A stretch of 64,000 nt of DNA. Source: Actinomycetota bacterium (GTDB lineage Bacteria > Actinomycetota > CADDZG01 > WHSQ01). The translations under genes and the position numbers were made by a program. Location of the stretch: assembly GCA_050693975.1 (NCBI GenBank), contig JBOGWV010000177.1, forward strand, positions 624 to 64,623, in the 5' to 3' direction. A model generated the notes under the pieces. It made no database searches, was not told the DNA's origin, and worked only from the letters and a program-made list of their open reading frames with translations. Shown one piece after another: positions 1 to 8,460 of this stretch; positions within the stretch are counted from its first letter, which is position 1; each line of letters opens with the position of its first letter.

Positions 1-1
1 C

Positions 2-655
2 CATGCGATGACGCTGGTGGCCAGGACCGACTTGAACGCGGAACCGCATCACGGCATCTCGCTGTTCCTCGTCGACTCCGACACCGAGGGCTACGAGGTT
101 GTTCGAACCCTCGACAAGGTCGGGATGCACACCTCGGACACCGCCGAGATCACCTTCACCGACATGTTCGTGCCGGCCCAGAACCTCCTTGGGAACGAGG
201 GCGAGGGTTTTTACAACATCTCGTGGGAGTTGCAAGGTGAGCGTCTGGTCGGTGCCGCCGGCGCGATCGCGGGGGCGCGGCTCACATTCGAGGCAGCACT
301 GGAGTATGCGCAGAACCGGACCGCGTTCGGCAAGCCCATCGGCAAACATCAGGCGCTGCGACATGCCCTGGCCGATATGGCCACCGAGGTCACCGCCGCC
401 CGGCAGCTTGTCTACGCCGCCGCCGACCGCGTGAATCGAGGCGAGTACCCGGTGCGTGAGATCTCGATGGCCAAGCTGCTCACCGGTGAGGTTGCGTGGA
501 GGGTAGCCGACAAGGCGCTCCAGATCTTCGGTGGATACGGCTACGCGATGGAGGTCCCGATACAGCGGGCGTGGCGAGATGCTCGTCTCATCCGCATCGG
601 CGGCGGTACCGACGAGGTAATGCGGGAGATCGTCGGCCGGATGGAGGGCTTCTAG
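2..655 (+). CDS. Acyl-CoA dehydrogenase, C-terminal part (5' end lies upstream of the window)
   Basis: The frame is open to the window edge. The translation ends ...IFGGYGYAMEVPIQRAWRDARLIRIGGGTDEVMREIVGR, the conserved ACAD C-terminal helical domain. Confidence 0.85.
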   Translation, partial: HAMTLVARTDLNAEPHHGISLFLVDSDTEGYEVVRTLDKVGMHTSDTAEITFTDMFVPAQNLLGNEGEGFYNISWELQGERLVGAAGAIAGARLTFEAALEYAQNRTAFGKPIGKHQALRHALADMATEVTAARQLVYAAADRVNRGEYPVREISMAKLLTGEVAWRVADKALQIFGGYGYAMEVPIQRAWRDARLIRIGGGTDEVMREIVGRMEGF

Positions 656-666
656 GTGCTCCGCTG

Positions 667-1809
667 ATGGATTACGGGCTCTTTTCGCCCGAGCACGACG
701 AGCTCCGGCGGTCGGTGCGCGACTTCGTGACCAAGGAGCTCTATCCCCACGCGACTGAATGGGAGCGGGCCGGCGAGTTCCCGAAGGAGCTGTTCGCACG
801 CGCCGGAGAACTCGGTTTCTTCGGCATGAAGTTTCCCGCCGAGCTCGGGGGCTCCGGACCTGATTTCATCGCCGATGCAGTAGTCACCGAGGAGCTCACA
901 CTGTGCGGCTCGGGCGGCGTGGCCGCGAGCCTCGGCGCTCACAAGGATCTGGCGTCTCTCTACCTCTACAACTTCGGTTCGCCGGAGCAGCAACAGCGCT
1001 GGCTCGTACCGGCCATCGCGGGCGAGCTCGTGGGCGCGCTGGGCGTGACCGAGCCGGATGCGGGCAGCGATGTCGCGGCCATCACGACATCAGCCGAGCG
1101 CGACGGCGACGACTGGATCATCAACGGCTCCAAGATGTTCATTACCAACGGATCGTGGGCCGACTTCGTGATCGTGGCGGCCAAGACGAGCCCCGACGCG
1201 GGGCATGAAGGGATGACCTTGTTCGTAGTAGATAGCGACCTTCCTGGATTCGAGTCTCGTCGCATATCGACTCTGGGCTGGCGCACCGGGCAGACGGGCG
1301 AGCTGAGCTTGGTCGACGTGCGGGTGGGGGACGATTGCCGGCTCGGCGAGGAGGGCTCGGGTTTCTACGCGATCATGCGGAACTTCGCATGGGAGCGGAT
1401 CGTGATGGCGCTCGCCCAGGTCGCCGGTGCACAGCGCACCTACGAGCTCGGCCGCGACTACGCGCAAGACCGCCAGGCCTTCGGGCGGCCGGTGGCGAAG
1501 TTCCAGGTCTGGCGCCACCGCTTCGCGGACCTTGCGACGCGTATCGAGGCTGGCAGGGCTTTGACCTATCTTGCGCTCCGCAGGTTCACGGGCGACGACA
1601 ACCCCATTCGCGAAGCCGCGATGGCCAAGCTCTACACCAGTGAGCTTGCGTTTCAGGTAGCCGACGAGTGCGTCCAGATCCACGGGGGTTACGGCTACAT
1701 GACGGAGTTTCCCGCCGAGCGAGCGTGGCGCGATGCACGGCTCGGCCCTATCGGCGGCGGAACCTCTGAGATCATGCGCGACCTCATCGGCAAGACCTAC
1801 GGGTTGTAG
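667..1809 (+). CDS. Acyl-CoA dehydrogenase
   Basis: Start chosen at the ATG giving MDYGLFSPEHDELRRSVRDFV. The upstream part of the 496..1809 ORF overlaps the preceding gene and is Arg-rich. Full ACAD architecture with TEPDAGSD and a QIHGGYGY...RAWRDARLGPIGGGTSEIM tail. Confidence 0.9.
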   Translation: MDYGLFSPEHDELRRSVRDFVTKELYPHATEWERAGEFPKELFARAGELGFFGMKFPAELGGSGPDFIADAVVTEELTLCGSGGVAASLGAHKDLASLYLYNFGSPEQQQRWLVPAIAGELVGALGVTEPDAGSDVAAITTSAERDGDDWIINGSKMFITNGSWADFVIVAAKTSPDAGHEGMTLFVVDSDLPGFESRRISTLGWRTGQTGELSLVDVRVGDDCRLGEEGSGFYAIMRNFAWERIVMALAQVAGAQRTYELGRDYAQDRQAFGRPVAKFQVWRHRFADLATRIEAGRALTYLALRRFTGDDNPIREAAMAKLYTSELAFQVADECVQIHGGYGYMTEFPAERAWRDARLGPIGGGTSEIMRDLIGKTYGL

Positions 1810-1813
1810 GAGC

Positions 1814-2461
1814 TTAGATAGATGGCTCCGGAGCCGTTACCCGGATCAATGCCGCCAGCTCACGTCCGAGCGATGCCGGCCCGTCCGGCGTCTCGACGGT
1901 TATGGGCCCGTCCATCGGAGCCAGGTCTTTAACAGTCAGCTCGACCCCGGGGCGCAGCCCGATCTGGTCCAGGTAGGGCAGGACGTCTTCCTTTAGCTCG
2001 GAGATCTGAGAGACAACGCCTCCTTCGCCCGGCTCCAGCTCGCTGAGCCGCCGCAGCACACGGAGGTCGACCGGGCAGATGGGGTGCCCGTGCGGGCAGT
2101 AATCGGGGTAGTCGAGCGCCTTGGCCAGGGCCTCCTCGACGCGGGCCGAGATGGCGTGTTCGATCTTGTGGGCCTCGCCGTGGACCTCGTGCCAGAACAT
2201 CCCGAGCTTGTCGACCAGGAGACACTCGACCAGGCGGTGTCGGCGCAGCATGGTGTGGGCGAGGCGCCGCCCCTCGGGAGTGAGCAGTATGGCCCCGCCC
2301 TTCTCCCTGGTGAGATAGCCCTCCGAGGCGAGCCGCTTGAGCATCTCCGAGGCTGACGGCAGCGAGACCTCGAGGATGCGCGCGAGGACGGTCGCGGTGA
2401 TCCGTTCACCATCTTCTTCCAGACGCTTGATTTCCTCGAGGTAGTCCTCAACCCCTCTCAT
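1814..2461 (-). CDS. DtxR/IdeR/MntR-family metal-dependent transcriptional repressor
   Basis: Start at MRGVEDYLEEIKRLEE... The protein has a winged HTH, a metal-binding and dimerisation core (RRHRLVECLL...HGEAHKIEH) and a C-terminal FeoA/SH3-like domain. Confidence 0.85.
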   Translation of the reverse strand: MRGVEDYLEEIKRLEEDGERITATVLARILEVSLPSASEMLKRLASEGYLTREKGGAILLTPEGRRLAHTMLRRHRLVECLLVDKLGMFWHEVHGEAHKIEHAISARVEEALAKALDYPDYCPHGHPICPVDLRVLRRLSELEPGEGGVVSQISELKEDVLPYLDQIGLRPGVELTVKDLAPMDGPITVETPDGPASLGRELAALIRVTAPEPSI

Positions 2462-2628
2462 GACTACCAGTGTAGTGGGCCTGACCAGCAGTTTTGAAAG
2501 TGGAGGAGCGCCTGGAGGCGTGCTAGGTTGCAGGCCAGAGGTCATCTTTCGATGATCTCTGTTTCACGAATGAGCGGCCGGGGCAGGTCTGTTATCGCGG
2601 GAACACCGGTCGCGGGAGGATCTGCTTA

Positions 2629-3690
2629 GTGAAGTTCGCGGGAAACATGCGCGCGGCCCGCATTTTGGTCGCCGGCGGTTTGGTCGCGCTCGCACTCGTG
2701 CCGTCCTTCGGGAGCCGGGCCTCGGGACAAGAATCGCTCTCCGAACTCGAGAACGAGATGCAGCAGCTTCAGGCGGACCTCGACGACTCCTCGGAGCGAA
2801 TCGAACAGCTGCGCGCCAGGGAGTTCGACCTGCGCAAACGTATCGACGACGTCGAGGACCAGCGCGCCCTTCTGATCGAACGCAACGACGAGCTCACCGA
2901 AGATGTGATCGAGCGCGCGCGCGAGCTCTATGTAGCCGGGGGCACGGGCGTTGTCGAGGCTCTCTTCGCAGCCCAGGACTTTAGCGAGTTCAGCGACCGC
3001 GCGGAAATGCTCTCACAGGTTACCCAGGACGACTCCCACATCTTCGTCGAGCTTCAGCGCAATACCGCGGAGCTAGAGGACCTCGAAGGCCGGCTCGCAC
3101 AAGATCGCAAGGCGTTGGACGAGACGCTCGCCGAGCTCGAAGACGAGAACGCCGAGCTGCAGGACAAGCTCGACTCGGTGACCGACAGCTACACCGATCT
3201 GAAAGAGAAGCTCGAGCAGGAGAGGCTGGCGGCTCGCACGCAGCCGACCGGCGGGGGTGGACCCTCGCTACCCTCGACGGTAGTGCCCACGACCTCCACC
3301 AGTGGCAAGACCTGTCCGGTGGCGGGGCCGGTGTCGTTCGTCGATTCCTGGGGCGCTCCGCGCTCAGGAGGCCGCAGCCACGAGGGGACCGACATGATGG
3401 CCGGCTACGGCACTCCCGTGGTCGCCATCGTCTCGGGCTCGATCACCTACGCGGGCTACGGGGGTAGCGCGGGAAACTGGCAGATTCTCAGCGGCAGCGA
3501 CGGCAATGCCTACTGGTACATGCACAACCAGGAGAACCTCGTCAGTGGTGGCGCCGTGAAGGCGGGCCAGCAGATCGCCACGGTGGGCGATACCGGTAAC
3601 GCCGCGGGCACTCCTCACCTCCACTTCGAGTACCACCCCGGCGGCGGGGGCCCGGTGAACCCCTACCCGCTGGTCGCCTCGCTCTGTTAG
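2629..3690 (+). CDS. Secreted M23-family metallopeptidase with N-terminal coiled coil
   Basis: GTG start 8 nt after GGGAGGA. It has a signal or anchor sequence, then a long E/L/D-rich coiled coil. The C-terminal LytM domain shows HEGTDMMAGYGTPV...HLHFEYHPGGG. Confidence 0.85.
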   Translation: MKFAGNMRAARILVAGGLVALALVPSFGSRASGQESLSELENEMQQLQADLDDSSERIEQLRAREFDLRKRIDDVEDQRALLIERNDELTEDVIERARELYVAGGTGVVEALFAAQDFSEFSDRAEMLSQVTQDDSHIFVELQRNTAELEDLEGRLAQDRKALDETLAELEDENAELQDKLDSVTDSYTDLKEKLEQERLAARTQPTGGGGPSLPSTVVPTTSTSGKTCPVAGPVSFVDSWGAPRSGGRSHEGTDMMAGYGTPVVAIVSGSITYAGYGGSAGNWQILSGSDGNAYWYMHNQENLVSGGAVKAGQQIATVGDTGNAAGTPHLHFEYHPGGGGPVNPYPLVASLC

Positions 3691-3702
3691 ACACAGCTTT
3701 CA

Positions 3703-4512
3703 ATGAACCCCCTCATCATCACCTGCGCCGGGGTGGGCGCCGAGGTGACCCGCGCCGAGCAGCCCAACCTTCCGCTCTCCGCGGCTGAGATCGCCAGCGA
3801 CGCGGCCGAGTGTCGCGAGGCGGGAGCATCCATCTACCACCTCCACGTTCGCAGCGACGACGGAGCTCCGACGATGGACGTGGCCACCTTCCGGTCCGCG
3901 TTCGAGGCCATCCGAAAAGAGACCGACATCATCGTGCAGTTCACCTCGGGCGGGGCGGTGACCGACTCCGAGGATGCCCGCTCCGCACCGCTCGAGCTGC
4001 GGCCCGACATGGCCTCGCTCACGACCGGCACCGTTAATTTCGCCGATGGAGTGTTTTGGAATCCGCCGGACCTGGTGAGGCGCTTCTACGGGCGGATGCG
4101 AGAGCTCGGCATCACGCCCGAGTTCGAGATCTTTGAGGCCGGCATGCTCGCGAACGCGGCCGCTCTCTACGAGGAGTTCGGGGAGGAGCATCACCGCCAC
4201 TACGACTTCGTCCTAGGTGTGCCCGGGGCGCTGCCTGCCTGGGACGACTCGGTCGCCTTCCTGGCCAGCCATTTGCCGGAGGGAGCGACCTGGGGCGCCA
4301 CTGGGATTGGACGCTGGCATCTGGGCGTAGCTCGTGCCGCCATCACGGCTGGTGGGCACGTGCGGACCGGCTTCGAGGACGTCGTCTACTACGAACGTGG
4401 CCGCCTGGCCGAGTCAAACGCCCAGCTCATCAAGCGCGTCGCAGGGATGGGTCGTGAGGCGAACCGCGAGATCGCAACGCCGGAAATCACCCGCAATCTT
4501 CTTCGACTCTGA
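3703..4512 (+). CDS. BKACE-family (3-keto-5-aminohexanoate cleavage enzyme-like, DUF849) protein
   Basis: Collinear with Kce-type proteins as I recall them: PLIITCAGVGAEVTRAEQPNLP, IYHLHVR, GIGRWH, GGHVRTGFED, AESNAQL. Confidence 0.8.
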   Translation: MNPLIITCAGVGAEVTRAEQPNLPLSAAEIASDAAECREAGASIYHLHVRSDDGAPTMDVATFRSAFEAIRKETDIIVQFTSGGAVTDSEDARSAPLELRPDMASLTTGTVNFADGVFWNPPDLVRRFYGRMRELGITPEFEIFEAGMLANAAALYEEFGEEHHRHYDFVLGVPGALPAWDDSVAFLASHLPEGATWGATGIGRWHLGVARAAITAGGHVRTGFEDVVYYERGRLAESNAQLIKRVAGMGREANREIATPEITRNLLRL

Positions 4513-4555
4513 GAACCACCTTCGACTCTGAGCCTGGTTCGTATAACCTCCTGGC

Positions 4556-5101
4556 ATGGATGCGAGGAAGCGCAGACGCTACGAAGTGATCGCCGACCCG
4601 GCTTATGTCGAGAATCTCGAGGCTCGCAGCCTCGAGGATCTGCGCTCTCTCCGCGACGAATGCCGGGAGGTCGAGAACGAGCTCTCGTTCGAGCGCCGTC
4701 TATGCCACGCTCGCATCGACATCCTGCGCGCCGAGATCGAACGACGGACTGGAGAGCAGGATCAGGACTTGCTCTCTCGACTGCCTGAGATTCTGGGGTC
4801 TGCGGAACTCCCAGGAGGCGGTTCGGCCCTGCCCGAGCGCGCACGAGACCTGTCCGTGCCTCGGAACGCCGACATTCCAAGGCGTCGGGTGGAAGAGATT
4901 GCCGGCGAGCAGACGATGGCCCGGCTGGGCGGGCTGCAGGTGACCGAGATCAAAGAGATCATGACCAACCTCGCGGAACATGAACGCAACCTGTCGGCGC
5001 GTAGAAACAAGGTTCACGAGGCAATGGACGGGATCCAGGCCGAGATCGTTCGTCGCTACACGTCGGGCGAGGCGGACCCAACCGCCGCCCTCGGAGGCTA
5101 G
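4556..5101 (+). CDS. RsiG-like helical protein with two E-x3-S-x2-R-x3-H-x3-D motifs (putative c-di-GMP-binding anti-sigma-like factor)
   Basis: The two motifs are ENELSFERRLCHARID (nt 4673-4720) and ERNLSARRNKVHEAMD (nt 4982-5029). Each lies in a predicted long helix, separated by a Pro/Gly linker. Confidence 0.55.
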   Translation: MDARKRRRYEVIADPAYVENLEARSLEDLRSLRDECREVENELSFERRLCHARIDILRAEIERRTGEQDQDLLSRLPEILGSAELPGGGSALPERARDLSVPRNADIPRRRVEEIAGEQTMARLGGLQVTEIKEIMTNLAEHERNLSARRNKVHEAMDGIQAEIVRRYTSGEADPTAALGG

Positions 5102-5119
5102 CTCGAAGAAGACGGCGAA

Positions 5120-6094
5120 CTAGCCGTCGCTGGAGTCGTTGCTAACGCTGACGTCGCTGTGGTCGCTTTCGCGGCCGTCGTCGCTGTCGTCGTCGTCTTG
5201 GTCGTCGTCCTTTTGATGGGCGTCGTCGTCCTCCTTGGGCTCCGGCGGCTTTGGCTGGTTGGCCTTCGGCGGCTTCGAGTCCTTGGACGGCTTCGAGTCC
5301 TTGGCAGGCTTCGAGTCCTTGGCAGGCTTCGAGTCCTTGGACGGCTTCGAGTCCTTGGACGGCTTCGAGTCCTTGGACGGCTTCGAGTCCTTGGCCGGCT
5401 TCGAGTCCTTGGCAGGCTTCGAGTCCTTCTTTCCGTCCTTGTCCTTGGGGGCCTTCCCGGGCTTGTTCACCGGGATGCCGTCCCTGACGTCCGGAGCCTT
5501 GCCCGGCTTGGCGTGGTCGTTGATGTCCCCAGGAGAGTCGGGCTTCGAGCCCTTGTCGTCGTCCTTGGGGCCGCCAGGGTTCTTGGGCCCGTGCGGAGGC
5601 TTGACGTCCTTGGGGCCGTCCTTGGGAGGCAGTGGCTCACTGCCCGGCTTTCCTGGCCCGTTGTCGTTGTTGATGGTTGCCTCGGGCCCACCGTTGGAAA
5701 GGGACGGGCCGTTGGGGCCGCCGATGATGCCGGGGACGCCGGTGTCACCGTCAAAGGTCGGGTCGTCCCCGTCTCCGGGCGGCGGATCCACGGCCGCGAC
5801 CAGATCGTCGGAGGGGGCGGGACTGAGCAGATCGCCGGCGTCGGGGAACAGCGGCGAGCCCTCACCGGCGCTGCCTAGGTCGGCCACCGTCTGGCCGCCT
5901 TCGGAGTCTTCGACGAAGCCGGGGACCTGCACCTGGCCGTCGCTCTGTCCGGGTGTTTGGGCCTCGAGTGGGCGCGACGCGTCGATGTCGAAGGCCGAGT
6001 TCTGAAGGACGACTGAGAACAGCACAAGTGAGCCCGCCGCTACCACAGCGAGGGCGGTGCCGACCACCGACGTCATTCCGTTTCTAAACCGCAT
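5120..6094 (-). CDS. Membrane-anchored, intrinsically disordered P/G/D/K-rich protein with KDSKP(A/S) tandem repeats and an acidic C-terminus
   Basis: N-terminal TM segment (VVGTALAVVAAGSLVLFSVVL), then a low-complexity ectodomain. Nine hexapeptide repeats, followed by a D-rich tail. Confidence 0.6.
   Translation of the reverse strand: MRFRNGMTSVVGTALAVVAAGSLVLFSVVLQNSAFDIDASRPLEAQTPGQSDGQVQVPGFVEDSEGGQTVADLGSAGEGSPLFPDAGDLLSPAPSDDLVAAVDPPPGDGDDPTFDGDTGVPGIIGGPNGPSLSNGGPEATINNDNGPGKPGSEPLPPKDGPKDVKPPHGPKNPGGPKDDDKGSKPDSPGDINDHAKPGKAPDVRDGIPVNKPGKAPKDKDGKKDSKPAKDSKPAKDSKPSKDSKPSKDSKPSKDSKPAKDSKPAKDSKPSKDSKPPKANQPKPPEPKEDDDAHQKDDDQDDDDSDDGRESDHSDVSVSNDSSDG
5268..5429. repeat. Tandem 18-bp repeat, about 9 units (plus-strand consensus ggcttcgagtccttggNN)
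   Basis: Directly visible head-to-tail near-identical units that vary mainly in one codon (Ala/Ser/Pro). The repeat is in-frame within CDS 5120..6094. Confidence 0.9.
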
Positions 6095-6357
6095 CGACCC
6101 CTTCTTCTGCCGGACTCTCGTCGTGCATCTTCCCGCGCTTGGCGGTCGGATGCTCGAATGACGGTGAGACCTAGGTGCTTAGAGTAACTGATCCATTACA
6201 AAGCGTAACCAGGTTTCCCGGCTCTTAGACGTCTTTTCGGCAGACTCGGCTGGGAACTTGACCACTTTCTCCTGCATTTGCCTCGACATGACAAGTCCAC
6301 CGGACAAACCGGGCCAAAACTCTTACGCAGGTCACCGTATGCTTTCGAGGCATGTTG

Positions 6358-6387
6358 CTTGCAACTGTTATGCAAGTGTGCTATAGC
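6358..6387 (+). promoter_or_regulatory. Candidate promoter (TTGCAA-17 nt-TATAGC) overlapping the inverted repeat CTTGCA-N7-TGCAAG, upstream of the XRE regulator gene
   Basis: Hexamers at 6359-6364 and 6382-6387 with a 17-nt spacer. The inverted repeat is at 6358-6376. Located about 85 nt upstream of the ATG at 6469. Confidence 0.3.
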
Positions 6388-6468
6388 TGTTAGCGAAACG
6401 CAAGCACGCAAGACCGGTCAACAGGAGGCGCAACGAGCAAGGACAAGATCGACCTGGCCGCCGGGCGC

Positions 6469-6840
6469 ATGAAACTCGGCGAACTCGGTTCCTTCATTCG
6501 TGAGCAACGCCGGGGGGCGCGCTTGTCATTGCGCAAGCTATCGGACCTCGCCGGCATTTCGAATCCGTATCTCTCGCAGATCGAGCGAGGACTGAGGAAG
6601 CCGTCGGCGGAGATCCTTCAGGCGATCGCAAAAGCGCTCAGCATCTCCTCGGAGACGCTGTACGTGCGAGCCGGAATCCTCGAGGAGAACCGCGATCACG
6701 ATCTGGTCGCCGAGATCCTCAAAGACACCAGGTTGACCGAGAAGCAAAAGCAGAACCTGATCGACACCTATCGCAACTACGTCGAGCTAAATCAGCCAGG
6801 CGGAGGCGAGCCGGTGATCGACGACCTGACAAACGAATAA
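6469..6840 (+). CDS. XRE-family helix-turn-helix transcriptional regulator (Rv0474-like)
   Basis: Classic XRE HTH: LSLRKLSDLAGISNPYLSQIERGLRKPSAEILQAIAKAL. It lies upstream of an HbhA-like gene, as in mycobacteria. Confidence 0.85.
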   Translation: MKLGELGSFIREQRRGARLSLRKLSDLAGISNPYLSQIERGLRKPSAEILQAIAKALSISSETLYVRAGILEENRDHDLVAEILKDTRLTEKQKQNLIDTYRNYVELNQPGGGEPVIDDLTNE

Positions 6841-7018
6841 GCCTGACGGGATCGCGGAGCGACCCTCTTCACCCCCCAACCGGCGTTGGACACCGCCAGC
6901 TCACGCGCTGGCGGGGCCCGGCGAGTCTCCGGATCCCGTCATCACTTGACCAGGATTCTTAGGCGATGCAGATGGATCGCTCGAAGGATCACCAGCTGCC
7001 GAGGAGGTGACATCAAGA

Positions 7019-7315
7019 ATGCCCAAGACACAAGAGCTCCTGTACGCTGTGGTTGGTGCCGGTGACTTCGCCGTCGAGAAGGCGAAGGGTCTGGCCGACC
7101 GCGAGACAACCGCCAAGGTCTACAAGGACTTCGTCAAGCGTGGGCGTGTGCTCTCGACCAAGATCAAGAGCTCCGCTCCCACCAAACAGGCGATCGCTCA
7201 GACCAAGACCGCACGCGCCCAGGCCAAGGCCGCCGCAACCAGCGCGACCAAGGCAGTCCGAGCAAACTCGAGGGCCGCGCGTTCTGCGGCGACCAAGTCC
7301 GCAAACGCGAGCTAG
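7019..7315 (+). CDS. HbhA-like protein with an Ala/Lys-rich C-terminal tail
   Basis: The N-terminus LLYAVVGAGDFAVEKAKGLADRE resembles the HbhA N-terminal helix, and the C-terminus is A/K/T/S-rich. The start could also be the GTG at 7007. Confidence 0.5.
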   Translation: MPKTQELLYAVVGAGDFAVEKAKGLADRETTAKVYKDFVKRGRVLSTKIKSSAPTKQAIAQTKTARAQAKAAATSATKAVRANSRAARSAATKSANAS

Positions 7316-7350
7316 TTACAGCACCAAATAGCTGGAAAACCGCACTCCAC

Positions 7351-7378
7351 GGGCCCGCCTCCACGGCGGGCCCGTTTG
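7351..7378 (+). terminator. Intrinsic terminator-like hairpin
   Basis: Perfect 9-bp G+C stem GGGCCCGCC / GGCGGGCCC with loop TCCAC, followed by GTTTG. It lies 36 nt after the stop at 7315. Confidence 0.65.
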
Positions 7379-7431
7379 CGTCCGTCGTCCGAGGGGAAGC
7401 GAAAAGGGACCAATCTGGTTAAGGAACTACT

Positions 7432-8454
7432 GTGACCCTGACTATGAACCTAGACGTAACCTTGGATTGCACCGAGCGATGCTTCGACCTGCCCGAGTGG
7501 GGCGAGCTCCTCGAGAGCGACCCCGACCGGCAGATCTTCGCAACGCCTGAGTGGCATCGCTTGTGGTGGGAGGAGTTCAAAGGGGACAAGGACCTGTTCC
7601 TGTTGACCATGCGCCGCGCGGGCGAGGTCGTGGCAATCGTTCCCCTTTACCGCAAGGCCGAGGACGGCAAGAAGGTGCTCCGCTTCGTCGGCGGCATCGA
7701 TCTGACCGACTATCTCGGCCCGATTTGCTCGCTCGAGGCCCGCGAGGACGTCGCCGAGACCCTTGCTGCGTGGTTGGTCGATACCGACGTCGAGTGGGAC
7801 CTGTTTGACGCTCACAACATGCCCGTTCCCTTTGGCTTCGCCGAATTCCTGGTCGACCGGGCCGATCGTGAGGGTCTCGATTTCCAGCTCGAGCAGGAGG
7901 AGACGGCGGCGCTCCTGCCGCTTCCTTCGGATTGGACCGAGTATCTCGCGAGCCTGGGCTCCAAGGAGCGCCACGAGCTCAAGCGCAAGCGCAAGCGACT
8001 GGCTAAGGATTTCCCCGACGCGCGTGTGCGCACCGCCACCGAAGAGAGTCTCGAGCGAGATCTCAAGACCTTCATCGAGATGCATCGTGGCGCAGAGGGG
8101 ATGAAGGGTCACTTCATGAGGCCGGAGATCGCCACCTTCTTCGAGCGCATCGCCCATTCGTTCATGCCCCTTGGATGGCTGCAGCTGGACCTTTTCGAGA
8201 TTGGCGAGCGCGCGCTGGCATCGACCTTCTCGTTCTCGTTCAACGGCAACCTCTATCTCTACAACTCGGCTTACGAACCCGACCTCAAGCACCTGTCACC
8301 CGGATTCGTGCACGTGTCGGAGCTCGTTCGATCGTCGATCGAGTCCGGTATGCGGATCTTCGACTTCATGAGGGGACCCGAGCGCTACAAATATCAGCTT
8401 GGGGCTCAGGCCGTGCCTCTAAACAACGTCCGTCTTTTCAGGAAGACGTCCTAA
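7432..8454 (+). CDS. GNAT-superfamily acetyltransferase, CelD/BioF2-like (Acetyltransf_6-type)
   Basis: About 340 aa. Contains FATPEWHRLWWEEF, SKERHELKRKRKRL and YLYNSAYEP...SPG...GMRIFDFMRGPERYKYQLG, typical of this family. The start may instead be the ATG at 7444. Confidence 0.7.
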   Translation: MTLTMNLDVTLDCTERCFDLPEWGELLESDPDRQIFATPEWHRLWWEEFKGDKDLFLLTMRRAGEVVAIVPLYRKAEDGKKVLRFVGGIDLTDYLGPICSLEAREDVAETLAAWLVDTDVEWDLFDAHNMPVPFGFAEFLVDRADREGLDFQLEQEETAALLPLPSDWTEYLASLGSKERHELKRKRKRLAKDFPDARVRTATEESLERDLKTFIEMHRGAEGMKGHFMRPEIATFFERIAHSFMPLGWLQLDLFEIGERALASTFSFSFNGNLYLYNSAYEPDLKHLSPGFVHVSELVRSSIESGMRIFDFMRGPERYKYQLGAQAVPLNNVRLFRKTS

Positions 8455-8460
8455 ACCGAC

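Noticed and set aside
496-666. N-terminal extension of the second acyl-CoA dehydrogenase ORF
   Set aside because: It overlaps the 3' end of the first ACAD gene and is Arg-rich. The conserved ACAD N-terminus starts at the ATG at 667.
2505-2545. Possible DtxR/IdeR box (TAGGTTGCAGGCCAGAGGT) in the divergent promoter region of the DtxR-family gene
   Set aside because: Only the left half resembles the TTAGGTTAGGCTAACCTAA consensus. The sequence is not palindromic, so the support is insufficient.
2546-2628. Possible c-di-AMP (ydaO-type) riboswitch upstream of the secreted M23 peptidase
   Set aside because: The leader is only about 80 nt, shorter than that riboswitch class. I could not find the conserved pseudo-symmetric ACGGGG-type elements.
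5268-5429. Considered whether the regular 18-bp repeats could be a CRISPR array
   Set aside because: The units are contiguous with no unique spacers. They are too short, lie in-frame inside a CDS, and no cas genes are nearby.
5159-6005. Plus-strand ORFs across the 18-bp repeat region (239 aa and 256 aa)
   Set aside because: They exist because the tandem repeat keeps all frames open. The minus-strand frame has a credible start and N-terminal TM anchor, and it fits the convergent gene layout. The plus-strand products are repetitive Leu/Arg/Gly or Phe/Glu/Ser strings.
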